Source: Bacillota bacterium
Lineage (GTDB): Bacteria; Bacillota_I; Bacilli_A; RF39; UBA660
Length of the DNA stretch: 64,000 nt
NCBI GenBank assembly: GCA_015059495.1
Contig: SVAI01000001.1
Span: 1,154,207-1,218,206, forward strand
Direction: 5' to 3'
Of the stretch, positions 11,397-20,712 are shown in pieces; position 1 is the first letter of the stretch; every line of letters begins with the position of its first letter. The notes under the pieces were generated by a model that worked only from the letters and a program-made list of their open reading frames with translations, made no database searches and was not told the DNA's origin. A program made the translations under genes and the position numbers.

Positions 11397-12051
11397 ATAA
11401 TTTTTCTACTTCGTTATATACAGTTCCTTTAGTATCTACTATAGCTTTTTCAATAATTAAATTTTCTTTTAATTGATCTGATTTAGCACTTACAGTCTCA
11501 GCATTCTTTTCAATTTTTTCAACATTTTCCATTCCTTTAACAACTTTACCAAATGCTGCATAATTTCCATCTAAATGTTCAGCAGTACCTAACATAATAA
11601 AGAATTGAGAACCAGCAGAGTTTGGTAAAGAACTTCTTGCCATTGATACAATACCTCTAGTATGTTTTAAATCATTTTTAAAGTTATTTGCAGAGAACTC
11701 ACCTTGAATATGATATCCAGGACCACCAGTACCAGTACCAGTTGGATCTCCACCTTGAAGTACAAATCCTTTAGCTAATCTATGGAATGTATTGTTATCA
11801 TAAAAACCATTCTTAGTTAATGATATAAAATTATTAACTGTATTAGGAGCAACATCAGGATATAATTCAATAATAATTGCACCATATCCTTTTATCTTCA
11901 TTGCAACAAGTGGATTTTCAGTTTCATAATCAATTGAGGCTTCATTTCCTTCAACTTTAAAATTAATTCCTAGATCACTATTTTTAATCTTACATCCTGT
12001 TAATAAAGATAAACTTATTAACATAATAAATATACTTATAACTTTCTTCAT
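11395..12051 (-). CDS. cyclophilin-type peptidyl-prolyl cis-trans isomerase, lipoprotein
   Basis: Lipobox LLTGC. FHRLAKGFVLQGGDPTGTGTGGPGY and GIVSMARS...NSAGSQFFI cyclophilin motifs. AGGTGA RBS before ATG 12051 (track start GTG 12060). Confidence 0.9.
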   Translation of the reverse strand: MKKVISIFIMLISLSLLTGCKIKNSDLGINFKVEGNEASIDYETENPLVAMKIKGYGAIIIELYPDVAPNTVNNFISLTKNGFYDNNTFHRLAKGFVLQGGDPTGTGTGGPGYHIQGEFSANNFKNDLKHTRGIVSMARSSLPNSAGSQFFIMLGTAEHLDGNYAAFGKVVKGMENVEKIEKNAETVSAKSDQLKENLIIEKAIVDTKGTVYNEVEKL

Positions 12052-12135
12052 TTTTATCACCTAATAAAAATTATAACATAGTATTGTTTTTTTACAAATT
12101 ATTTATTAAAATAATACATTAATGAGGTGAGTAGG

Positions 12136-12681
12136 ATGTTTCAAAGACAAGATTATTTAACATGGGATGAATATTTTATGGCATTAGCTAAACTAACTGC
12201 CATTAGAAGTAAAGATCCAAATAGCCAAGTAGGGGCAGTAATAGTAGATAGTGAAAATAGAGTTTTATCAATCGGATATAATGGAGCACCAAACGGCTTT
12301 AGTGATGATTTATTTCCTTGGGCCAGAGAAGGTGAAGAATTAGCAACAAAATATCCGTATGTTTGTCATGGCGAATTAAATGCTATATCAAATTTTACTG
12401 GAAGTAGAAAAGAATTACGTGGTGCAAAAATATATGTAACTTTATTTCCTTGCAATAAGTGTACACAACTAATTATTCAAAACGGAATCAAAGAGGTAAT
12501 CTATGCATGTGATAAATATGCAGATACTAATGATGTTAAAGCATCTAAAAAAATGCTTAATGAATGTGGTGTTACTTATAGACATTTTGATTTAGAAGAT
12601 GATATTTTAATTGAACACAAGGGATCAGCACAACGACAAGTTAGAATAAGAAAAAGAGAAAATGACAATGAAAGAAAGTAG
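12136..12681 (+). CDS. dCMP deaminase (DCTD/ComEB family), copy 1
   Basis: WDEYFMALAKLTAIRSKDPNSQVGAVIV...GYNGAPNG...KYPYVCHGELNAI...LFPCNKCTQLIIQNGIKEV is near-collinear with eukaryotic-type dCMP deaminase. Zinc ligands H-x-E and PCxxC are present. Confidence 0.85.
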   Translation: MFQRQDYLTWDEYFMALAKLTAIRSKDPNSQVGAVIVDSENRVLSIGYNGAPNGFSDDLFPWAREGEELATKYPYVCHGELNAISNFTGSRKELRGAKIYVTLFPCNKCTQLIIQNGIKEVIYACDKYADTNDVKASKKMLNECGVTYRHFDLEDDILIEHKGSAQRQVRIRKRENDNERK

Positions 12682-13228
12682 ACTATCGTGGGATGAATAC
12701 TTCATGTCTGTTGCTAAACTAGTAGCAATGAGAAGTGATGATCCAGATACAAAAGTTGGAGCCGTTATTGTAAAAGATAATACAATAGTAGCAACAGGTT
12801 ATAATGGTAAACCAAAAGGAATGGATAGTATTCCATGGGGTAAAAGTGAAGATCCTATGCAATCAAAATTTACCTATGTTGTTCATTCAGAACTTAATGC
12901 TATACTAAGTGCTGGAAGTAGATCTAATTTAATCGCTGGTTCAACAATATATGTAACAAGACACCCATGTAATGAATGTGCAAAAGCAATCATTCAATCA
13001 GGTATAAAAGAAGTTGTATTTGATGCCATTAAACATGAAGAAAGATTTGATGTACAAGCATCAAAATTAATGTTTGAAAGCGCTGGTGTTTCATCTAGAA
13101 GATTTCTTCCATCAAGAGAGATTGTCCTACCTGCAGATACTGAAGATAATTATAATTTTGGATATATAAATCCAATGATAAAACCTAAATCAAGAGTATT
13201 AACTCCAGATAATAAAAATAAAGATTAA
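12662..13228 (+). CDS. dCMP deaminase family, copy 2 (tandem paralogue)
   Basis: WDEYFMSVAKLVAMRSDDPDTKVGAVIV...GYNGKPKG...VVHSELNAIL...HPCNECAKAIIQSGIKEV. Overlaps copy 1 by 20 nt. Confidence 0.85.
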   Translation: MTMKESRLSWDEYFMSVAKLVAMRSDDPDTKVGAVIVKDNTIVATGYNGKPKGMDSIPWGKSEDPMQSKFTYVVHSELNAILSAGSRSNLIAGSTIYVTRHPCNECAKAIIQSGIKEVVFDAIKHEERFDVQASKLMFESAGVSSRRFLPSREIVLPADTEDNYNFGYINPMIKPKSRVLTPDNKNKD

Positions 13229-13286
13229 AAATCTTTATTTTTTATTTTTATTAAGATATAATTAAATTAAGAGAAGGTGAGAATAA

Positions 13287-14336
13287 ATGGACTTAATGGT
13301 TAATGGACATAATGCCTGTATAATATTATTAGTAACATTTTTAACATCATTGATTTTAACACCATTGGTTAAAACTATTGCTATACATATTAATGCAATG
13401 GACATTCCAAACAAAAGAAAGATTCATAAAAAACCTATTCCTACTTTAGGGGGGTTATCAATATTCTTTGCATTTATGCTAGGGTATATGCTTTATGCTA
13501 GAGAATCAACAATGATGCTATCAGTACTAATGGGAAGTTTCTTACTTATTCTATGTGGTATCATTGATGATATTAATCCAGTAAAAGCAAAATATAAATT
13601 TATAGTTCAATTAGTAGCTGCTTCTACAATAGTTATCTATGGTAACTTAATACTTAATGAAGTATCTATCTTTGGTTTAAATTTATACTTTACTCAACCA
13701 TGGGCACAGATTATTACAATAATATTTATAGTTGCAGTAACAAATATTATAAATCTAATAGATGGAATTGATGGGTTAGCATCGGGTATATCTGCTATAT
13801 ACTTTATTACAATAGCAATTATTGCCTTTGTATTAAATCAAATGGGTGGTTTAGATATCATATTATCTCTAATCATGGCTGGAGCAACATTAGGTTTCTT
13901 GGCACATAACTTTCCTCCAGCATCAATATTTTTAGGGGATACTGGATCATACTTCTTAGGTTTTATTATTTCAATTATTGCATTACTTGGATACAAAGCA
14001 ACAACACTTACATCTTTAGTAATTCCTATTGCAATACTTGCAATACCAATTTTTGATACAGCATCAGCAATAATAAGAAGATTATTAAAACATCAAAATC
14101 CATTTACAAATCCTGATAGAGAACATTTACATCATCAATTATTAAAGATGACTTCTTCTCCTAAGAAAACTGTACTAATAATATACATAATAACAATATT
14201 ATTTAGTGTAGTTTCAATTCTATTCGCATTACATGAAAAACAACAAGCAATGTTTGTTTATGTAATATTAATGATATTAGCTATTCTACTAGTTATGAAA
14301 ACTGATATCGTATTTACCCACAAAAAGAAAAAATAA
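13287..14336 (+). CDS. glycosyltransferase family 4 (MraY/WecA/TagO-type undecaprenyl-phosphate sugar-1-phosphate transferase)
   Basis: About 10-11 TM. NIINLIDGIDGLASG and FLGDTGSYFLGF motifs typical of the polyprenyl-phosphate N-acetylhexosamine-1-P transferase family. Confidence 0.85.
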   Translation: MDLMVNGHNACIILLVTFLTSLILTPLVKTIAIHINAMDIPNKRKIHKKPIPTLGGLSIFFAFMLGYMLYARESTMMLSVLMGSFLLILCGIIDDINPVKAKYKFIVQLVAASTIVIYGNLILNEVSIFGLNLYFTQPWAQIITIIFIVAVTNIINLIDGIDGLASGISAIYFITIAIIAFVLNQMGGLDIILSLIMAGATLGFLAHNFPPASIFLGDTGSYFLGFIISIIALLGYKATTLTSLVIPIAILAIPIFDTASAIIRRLLKHQNPFTNPDREHLHHQLLKMTSSPKKTVLIIYIITILFSVVSILFALHEKQQAMFVYVILMILAILLVMKTDIVFTHKKKK

Positions 14337-14341
14337 AAAAC

Positions 14342-14875
14342 TTGAAAGGATTAAAAAACACACACATGAAAGACAGTGGTAGATTTACACCAATGAAAGC
14401 CGATGAGTTTGTAATAACTTATTTATGGCCAAATGGAATTTACAAAGAATTAAATGATTGGATTCAAGAAGGATTAAAAAGGGAAGAAATATTAACTAAG
14501 AAATTAGAAAGCCAAGATTTTTTAGTGAAAAATAAAGAACAAAATGAGGAAGTGCATATTCCATCGATAGTAAAATATAATCGAAGAAAAAAAAGATTTG
14601 AAGGTTTATTAAATCAAGATTTTGCAAATGGTTCATACATAATAGTTAAGTGTAAAGGTGAAATATATGCATGTATGCCACCAATTAATAAGGATGATGT
14701 TCTAGGTCAAATGATAGCAAGTGCTATTTATCTTCCAGACTATACTACATTTGAACCTGTATATGAAGAAGAAGTAGATACTACTAAAAAACAATCAAAA
14801 GGTTATACTAGAACAAGAAAGAAAGAAGACAAATCAAAAGTAGGACATGCACATAAAATTCCTGGAAGAAAATAA
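14342..14875 (+). CDS. hypothetical basic protein
   Basis: ORF track only (TTG start; alternative ATG 14366). No motif recognised. Followed by a good terminator. Confidence 0.4.
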   Translation: MKGLKNTHMKDSGRFTPMKADEFVITYLWPNGIYKELNDWIQEGLKREEILTKKLESQDFLVKNKEQNEEVHIPSIVKYNRRKKRFEGLLNQDFANGSYIIVKCKGEIYACMPPINKDDVLGQMIASAIYLPDYTTFEPVYEEEVDTTKKQSKGYTRTRKKEDKSKVGHAHKIPGRK

Positions 14876-14900
14876 TACTTTACAAATTATTTAGCTTATA

Positions 14901-14929
14901 AAAACAACTTTTGTCGAAGTTGTTTTTTT
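14901..14929 (+). terminator. rho-independent terminator (loop contains a TGTCGAA heptamer)
   Basis: AAAACAACTT-TTGTCG-AAGTTGTTTT followed by TTT. Confidence 0.65.
14912..14918 (+). promoter_or_regulatory. exact Spo0A-box heptamer TGTCGAA upstream of the sigma factor gene
   Basis: Exact match to the Bacillus/Clostridium 0A-box consensus, 54 nt upstream of ATG 14972. One of only four exact copies I found in the window by manual scan. Confidence 0.35.
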
Positions 14930-14971
14930 ATTTTTTTAATTATTTTAATATCAAATCAGGAAGGAGGATAT

Positions 14972-15583
14972 ATGGAAGAATTATTAATTACTTGTGAACC
15001 ATTAATTAAATCTATTGCTAATACTTTTTATAATGTTGAAAAAGATGATTTAATCCAAGCTGGAAGAATAGGTTTAATCGAAGCTTATAAACATTATGAT
15101 AAAAATTCTAATGTTAAATTTTCTACATTTGCTTATTCTTATATATTTGGTCAAATGTATAACTTATCTATTAAATCTAATCCTATTAAAATAAATAAAG
15201 ATAATTTGAAGTTAGTTAAACTAATAAACAAAACATATAATTATCTATCTCAAACATTAAATAAAGTACCTACCCTTAATGATATATCTTCATATTTAAA
15301 TATAGATATAAATACTATCAATAATGTATATAATTCTTCATTATCTACATTAGATATAGAGGATAATGATAATACATATATAACATACGATAATGATATA
15401 AGAATAGATTTAAATAATTCTATTAATACTTTACCAAAAGAAGAAAAAGATTTAATTAAATATAGATACTTTTGTGACTTAACTCAAAGTGAAGTAGCAA
15501 GTATTATGAATACTTCACAAGTTAGTGTATCAAGACAAGAAAAGAAAACCTTGAAGAAATTAAAACAATTAATAGCTGCATAA
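14972..15583 (+). CDS. sigma-70 family RNA polymerase sigma factor, sporulation (SigF/SigG)-like, short form
   Basis: Region 2 (DLIQAGRIGLIEAYKHYD...FSTFAYSYIFGQM) and region 4 HTH (LTQSEVASIMNTSQVSVSRQEKKTLKKLK). GGAGGA RBS. Directly upstream of spoVAC-AD-AE, as sigF is in Bacillus. Confidence 0.8.
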   Translation: MEELLITCEPLIKSIANTFYNVEKDDLIQAGRIGLIEAYKHYDKNSNVKFSTFAYSYIFGQMYNLSIKSNPIKINKDNLKLVKLINKTYNYLSQTLNKVPTLNDISSYLNIDINTINNVYNSSLSTLDIEDNDNTYITYDNDIRIDLNNSINTLPKEEKDLIKYRYFCDLTQSEVASIMNTSQVSVSRQEKKTLKKLKQLIAA

Positions 15584-15623
15584 AAACAAATAAAGTTCTT
15601 CATAATACTTATAGGAGGACTTT

Positions 15624-16052
15624 ATGAATATAGATGAATATAAGAAAATAGTAAAAAAATATACACCATCACCCAATAAATTAAAGAATGCTTATCTATC
15701 ATTTATATCTGGTGGTTGTATTGGATTAATTGGTACTATTATTTATAATATTTTAACTTATTATAATATAAGTAATGCTAATGTCTGGGTAATAATTATA
15801 TTAATAATATCAGCAAGTATATTAACTGGATTATCAATATTTGATAATCTAGTTGAAAAATTCAAATGTGGAATAATAATACCAATAACTGGATTTGCAC
15901 ATGCTATGACATCTAGTGCTATAGATTATAAAAAAGATGGTTTTATAAGTGGTATAGGCTCTAATACATTTAAACTAGCAGGTAGTGTAATTCTATACGG
16001 AACAATAAGTGCGTTTATTCTAACAATAATAAAGGTGATTACTAATGGCTAG
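15624..16052 (+). CDS. spoVAC: stage V sporulation protein AC
   Basis: 142 aa, 4 TM, N-terminal ...YTPSPNKLKNAYLSFISGGCIGLIG like SpoVAC. Operon position before spoVAD. Confidence 0.85.
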   Translation: MNIDEYKKIVKKYTPSPNKLKNAYLSFISGGCIGLIGTIIYNILTYYNISNANVWVIIILIISASILTGLSIFDNLVEKFKCGIIIPITGFAHAMTSSAIDYKKDGFISGIGSNTFKLAGSVILYGTISAFILTIIKVITNG

Positions 16053-17001
16053 TTTATTATTTAAAAATGTATATCTACATAATTATTACACTATATCTTC
16101 TAAGTTAGAATATGAAGGTAATATAACACCGGATCTAGTTATAGATAATTATTACTTTGGCTGTAAAACCTTTGAAGGTGCAGAAATAAAAATGCAACGT
16201 ACTGTTATAGACTATTTACTAAACAAAAATAAGATAGATTTAATCATAGGTGGTGATTTATCTAACCAAATAGCAATTAGCTCTTATATGGCTTGTAAAT
16301 ATGATATACCATATCTTGGTATGTATAGTGCATGTGCAACATTTAATAGTGCTTTAATTACTATGTCTAATTTAATTGATTCTAATAAAATAAAACAGGG
16401 TATAGTAATAACATCTTCACACAATAAAGTATCAGAGCGACAGTTTAGATATCCAATTGAATATGGTGCACCTAAAAGTGATTATTCAACATATACTGCA
16501 ACTGGTTCAACTGGAGTAATAGTATCTAAAAAAAAGAGTAATATAAAAGTTGAATCAGCAACTATAGGAAAAGTAATAGACTCTAAAACTAAAGATGTTA
16601 ATAACATGGGAGCAGTAATGGCTATATCAGCATGTAATACTTTATATCAACATTTAAAAGATCTAAATAGAAATATAAATTATTATGATTTAATACTAAC
16701 TGGAGATCTAGGAATATATGGTTCTAAAATATTTAAAGAATATTTAAATAAAGAGTATAATTTAAAATTAAAAAACCATATAGATGCTGGATCTAACATA
16801 TATAAAAGAGAACAAAACTTATATGCTGGATCATCTGGTCCTGTATCTTTACCCTTATATTTATTTACAAATATTATTTCTAAAAATAAATATAAAAAGA
16901 TATTACTTTTAGCAACAGGATCTCTTCATTCTCCAACACTAGTAAATCAAAAAAATACATTATTATCTACTTGCCATGCAATTAGTCTGGAGGTTATATA
17001 A
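16045..17001 (+). CDS. spoVAD: stage V sporulation protein AD
   Basis: 318 aa thiolase-like protein with GGDLSNQI and YSACATF motifs. Overlaps spoVAC by 8 nt. Confidence 0.85.
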   Translation: MASLLFKNVYLHNYYTISSKLEYEGNITPDLVIDNYYFGCKTFEGAEIKMQRTVIDYLLNKNKIDLIIGGDLSNQIAISSYMACKYDIPYLGMYSACATFNSALITMSNLIDSNKIKQGIVITSSHNKVSERQFRYPIEYGAPKSDYSTYTATGSTGVIVSKKKSNIKVESATIGKVIDSKTKDVNNMGAVMAISACNTLYQHLKDLNRNINYYDLILTGDLGIYGSKIFKEYLNKEYNLKLKNHIDAGSNIYKREQNLYAGSSGPVSLPLYLFTNIISKNKYKKILLLATGSLHSPTLVNQKNTLLSTCHAISLEVI

Positions 17002-17351
17002 TGGAGTATATTAATGCTTTTATTTTAGTAGGACTAATATCTATGATTGGTCAAATAATATTAGATAACACTAAATTAACTCCAGGACATATTACATCTT
17101 TATTTGTAATAATAGGTTCTATACTTTCATTTTTTAATATCTATGATTATTTAATTAATTACTCTTATATTGGTAGTTCCATACCTATAACATCATTTGG
17201 TAATTTATTATATAAATCATGCCTTGATGGTTATACTAATCAAGGTATAATTGGATTATTTACAAACATGTATAAAACTACAAGTGCTGGAATATCTTCT
17301 GCTATAATATTTTCTTTTATAGTAACATTATTTTTTAAACCAAAAGACTAG
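17001..17351 (+). CDS. spoVAE: stage V sporulation protein AE (SpoVAEB-type)
   Basis: 116 aa membrane protein. AFILVGLISMIGQIILDNTKLTPGHITSLFV matches the SpoVAEB signature. ATAATG overlap with spoVAD. Confidence 0.85.
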   Translation: MEYINAFILVGLISMIGQIILDNTKLTPGHITSLFVIIGSILSFFNIYDYLINYSYIGSSIPITSFGNLLYKSCLDGYTNQGIIGLFTNMYKTTSAGISSAIIFSFIVTLFFKPKD

Positions 17352-17403
17352 CAATAGTCTTCTTTTTAATGTATAATAAATAAAAAGAATAAAGGTGATT
17401 TAT

Positions 17404-18588
17404 ATGGATAAAGATAATAACAATTCTCCAGATTTACAAAGTATGATTAATGATTTACCAGAAGTAAAAAAAGAAGTAGAAATTGTTGAAAATGATTTAC
17501 CAAAACCAGCTCCAGTAGAACAAGTTGGAGAGCCTACATCTGCATTTGATGATATGGCTGTTTCTACACCTGCAGTAGAAAATGCAAAGAAACCAGAAAC
17601 AATGGCTAATGCACCAATTGCAGAGGAACCAAAACCAGTTGAACCAACTCCAGTGGTTCCAAATGTAGAAGAACCAAAGAGTGAATTCACATTAAATGCA
17701 CAAACAATCGGAACAGTAAAACCGGACAAACAAAAAAGTCCAATAGCGATGATTGTATTATTTGGTATCTTATTAGCATTTATGATATTTATGCCTGAAG
17801 TATTAAATTATGTTAACAAAACATTTGGTACAAACTTACAAACTCACAGTGGAGTAAAGATTCCAGAAGTAGTTGAACAAGAAGAAAAGCCTCAAGAAAT
17901 AACAATGTATGATTTAAATGATGATACAGTTATTACTTTAGATAAGATTAGTTTCCAAACATTTGTTAAATCAATCGAAGATACTGATTATAAATTATCA
18001 TTTACTATTAAAAATAGTGGAACTCAACTATATAGTTTTAGTAAAAAATTATACTTTGAATTCTATGATAATAGTAAAACATTCTTAGGAAGATCATATT
18101 TAGAAAACGTTAAAGATATAACTGGTGGTGTATCAAATCATTATCAAGTAGACATTAATAAGGATATATATGATAAGGCAACAAAAATAGAATTAGTTCA
18201 AAGAACTGATGATGATTATCCAACTGTTGAACTAACATCTAACTTATTAACATGTACTAATTCAAAATATAATATTGTTTATTCATTTGATACTAATCAA
18301 AGATTAAGTAGTATTAAAGATATGTTTACTTATACTAAACCAGATGATATTGTAGCTTATTCTACTGATTTAGTTTCATACAAAGCTAAGATTGATAATC
18401 TAGATAGATTAGATGGTGTAACTGCAGTTTTAGCAGAAAATGAAACTGGATTTATAACTACTATAGCAATAGATTATAAACAAGCAGATTACTCTCAATT
18501 ATCATCAGATACTAAATATTATCAAAAAGATACATATGCAAGAATAATAAAATTTGAAATGTCAGCGAAAGGATATAATTGTAGATAA
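17404..18588 (+). CDS. hypothetical membrane protein with P/E-rich N-terminal tail and about 250-aa extracytoplasmic domain
   Basis: ORF track; AAAGGTGA RBS before ATG 17404. Disordered PxxEP-rich segment, single TM (IAMIVLFGILLAFMIFM), then a beta-rich domain. Confidence 0.5.
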   Translation: MDKDNNNSPDLQSMINDLPEVKKEVEIVENDLPKPAPVEQVGEPTSAFDDMAVSTPAVENAKKPETMANAPIAEEPKPVEPTPVVPNVEEPKSEFTLNAQTIGTVKPDKQKSPIAMIVLFGILLAFMIFMPEVLNYVNKTFGTNLQTHSGVKIPEVVEQEEKPQEITMYDLNDDTVITLDKISFQTFVKSIEDTDYKLSFTIKNSGTQLYSFSKKLYFEFYDNSKTFLGRSYLENVKDITGGVSNHYQVDINKDIYDKATKIELVQRTDDDYPTVELTSNLLTCTNSKYNIVYSFDTNQRLSSIKDMFTYTKPDDIVAYSTDLVSYKAKIDNLDRLDGVTAVLAENETGFITTIAIDYKQADYSQLSSDTKYYQKDTYARIIKFEMSAKGYNCR

Positions 18589-18986
18589 TGGAAAAGAAAA
18601 TAGAAAAGATAATAAATATAACATCTATAGTTAATTTATTAACTATTATTGCATCGATTATATGGATACTAGTATCTAAACAAGATTCAATAATTCCATT
18701 TTATCTACTTACTATATCTTTTCTAATTGCCTTAATAATAATTATTATATCGTTTATATTTAAATCAAATAAATATATAAGAATAATATGTATAGCATAC
18801 TTAATAGTTTTAATTGCAGTATTTCTATTTGGACCTGCATTTAAACCTTGTGCTGGATGCCAAACATCTACAAAGTGCGAGTATGCAACACAATGCAAAC
18901 AAAACAATGATAACAAAACATATAACTGTCATTATTACACTGAAGATGGTAGTGTATCAAAAGATACAATAACATGTAATAAATAG
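18588..18986 (+). CDS. small polytopic membrane protein with Cys-rich C-terminal domain (paralogue A)
   Basis: Three predicted TM helices then ...PCAGCQTSTKCEYATQCKQ...NCHYYTEDGSVSKDTITC. TAATG overlap with the upstream gene. Confidence 0.5.
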   Translation: MEKKIEKIINITSIVNLLTIIASIIWILVSKQDSIIPFYLLTISFLIALIIIIISFIFKSNKYIRIICIAYLIVLIAVFLFGPAFKPCAGCQTSTKCEYATQCKQNNDNKTYNCHYYTEDGSVSKDTITCNK

Positions 18987-18995
18987 AGGAAAATT

Positions 18996-19379
18996 ATGAA
19001 AAATAAAATTATAGCGATAGTAACATTTGTAATATTATTAGTAAACATTATTCTAATATCAGCAATTAGATGTAACGATCTTGCAAAAAATATTTTTTAC
19101 ATTATTAATATACTTGCAATAATAATTTATATTTATTTATTAATAAAGATAATAAAAGAAAGAAAAATGCTAACAACTATTATTTATACAACAATAGTTG
19201 TTGTAACTGCAATTATTACTGCTGATAAATATAAAACAATAGATTTCTATTGTGAAACTCATTGTGCTAGGGCAGTTCAGTGTTCAGAAACAGCTGATAG
19301 TTGTACAACATGTCATTATTATCTAGAAGATGGAAGTATATCAGAAGACACAGTACAATGTTGTACTTACGAAAAATAA
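18996..19379 (+). CDS. small polytopic membrane protein with Cys-rich C-terminal domain (paralogue B)
   Basis: Same layout as 18588-18986. C-terminus ...YCETHCARAVQCSETADSCTTCHYYLEDGSISEDTVQCC. AGAGGA RBS. Confidence 0.5.
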   Translation: MKNKIIAIVTFVILLVNIILISAIRCNDLAKNIFYIINILAIIIYIYLLIKIIKERKMLTTIIYTTIVVVTAIITADKYKTIDFYCETHCARAVQCSETADSCTTCHYYLEDGSISEDTVQCCTYEK

Positions 19380-19401
19380 AATAATCCAAAGGGGGATTTA
19401 T

Positions 19402-20127
19402 ATGACATATACATTTACAATTAATGATTTTGAAGGTCCTCTAGATCTTCTTTTGCATCTAGTAAAAACATCTAAAATGGATATCTATGAAATCCCTATA
19501 AAGATGTTAATAGATGAATACATTAGCTTTATTAAATCACAAGAAGAATTAAATATTGATATAGCATCTGAATACTTAGTTATGGCTTCTGATTTATTAC
19601 ATTTAAAATCAAGAATGTTGATAAATAAGGGTGACGAAGAGGAAACAAGCGAAGACGAAGAATCTGTAATTAACTCTGAAGAAGAATTAAGAAATAAATT
19701 AATTGAATATGAAAAAATTAAGAATTTAAAAGAATCATTTAAAGAATTAGAAAATAAACGTTCAGAGATATTTGAAAAATCTCCTGAAAGTATTTCTAAT
19801 TATAAAGATAATGTAGTATATGATAGTAATGTATCTAATGTAGATGAACTATATAATGCTATATTAGAATTTCAAAAGAGATTTAAATATACTAAACCTC
19901 TAAAAACTAAAATAACTAATAAAGAATTATCTATTGAAGATAAAATAAAAGATATAAGAACAAGATTAAATAAGCAATCAAGAATAAATTTCTTAGAATT
20001 ATTTGATGATTTATCTAAAGATTATATTATTATTACATTCTTATCAGTACTTGATATGTCTAAGAATAATGAAATAAATATCATCCAAGAAGATAATTTT
20101 AAAGAAATTATCATAGAAAAAAGGTGA
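19402..20127 (+). CDS. scpA: segregation and condensation protein A
   Basis: MTYTFTINDFEGPLDLLLHLVKTSKMDIYEIPI is the ScpA N-terminal signature. GGGGGA RBS before ATG 19402 (the track's 19330 start is an artefactual extension). Confidence 0.9.
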   Translation: MTYTFTINDFEGPLDLLLHLVKTSKMDIYEIPIKMLIDEYISFIKSQEELNIDIASEYLVMASDLLHLKSRMLINKGDEEETSEDEESVINSEEELRNKLIEYEKIKNLKESFKELENKRSEIFEKSPESISNYKDNVVYDSNVSNVDELYNAILEFQKRFKYTKPLKTKITNKELSIEDKIKDIRTRLNKQSRINFLELFDDLSKDYIIITFLSVLDMSKNNEINIIQEDNFKEIIIEKR

Positions 20128-20132
20128 AGTAA

Positions 20133-20699
20133 ATGAACTTACAAGGAGTTTTGGAAGGATTATTATTTGTAGTAGGGGATGAAGGTCTTACTATAAATCA
20201 AATCTGTGATAGTTTAGATATTAAAGAAGAAGAAGCAAAAGAATTATTACTTAAATTAAAACAATCATATGAAGATGAAAATAGAGGAATAAGAGTAAGT
20301 TTTCTAGGTGACGCTTTTAAACTTACAACTAAACCTGAACATAAAAGTTTCTATCAAAAATTATTATTAAATGAAGAAACTAATACTTTATCTGATTCAG
20401 CTTTAGAAACAGTTGCTTTAATAGCGTATCATCAACCAATAACAAGAATTGAAGTTGATAACTTAAGAGGTGTTTCAACAGCACATATAATCAGAAAACT
20501 AGTAGCTAAAGGCTTAATCAAAGAAGTTGGTAAATCAACAATGCCAGGTAGACCAAACCTTTATGGTACTACAAAAGAATTTTTAGATTACTTTGGTATG
20601 TCATCGCTTAATGACTTACCTAAATTACCTGAAGAAGAAGAACAAAAAGAAGAAGGGGACTTATTTACATCAATTTATAAAGAAGAAGTTGAAAACTAG
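20133..20699 (+). CDS. scpB: segregation and condensation protein B
   Basis: LEGLLFVVGDEGLT..., ALETVALIAYHQPITRIEVDNLRGV and GRPNLYGTTKEFLDYFG are ScpB winged-helix signatures. Follows scpA. Confidence 0.9.
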   Translation: MNLQGVLEGLLFVVGDEGLTINQICDSLDIKEEEAKELLLKLKQSYEDENRGIRVSFLGDAFKLTTKPEHKSFYQKLLLNEETNTLSDSALETVALIAYHQPITRIEVDNLRGVSTAHIIRKLVAKGLIKEVGKSTMPGRPNLYGTTKEFLDYFGMSSLNDLPKLPEEEEQKEEGDLFTSIYKEEVEN

Positions 20700-20712
20700 G
20701 AGGTTTTGGATT

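Noticed and set aside
12136-13228. Tandem deaminases as an anti-phage dCTP-deaminase-type defence system
   Set aside because: Both are short, canonical dCMP-deaminase-sized proteins without the extra kinase-like or other domains described for defence deaminases. They sit among housekeeping genes.
17400-18916. Minus-strand ORFs 17400-17729 and 18701-18916
   Set aside because: Both lie antisense within better-supported plus-strand genes (17404-18588; 18588-18986) and show only composition-driven open frames.
19330-19401. N-terminal extensions in the ORF track: 19330 (scpA), 20593 (tdk), 22715 (lipoprotein), 56171 (flippase), 58101 (trmB), 21477, 21951
   Set aside because: In each case a downstream ATG with a good Shine-Dalgarno gives the family-typical N-terminus. 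The extension overlaps the upstream gene, a tRNA trailer or a terminator.
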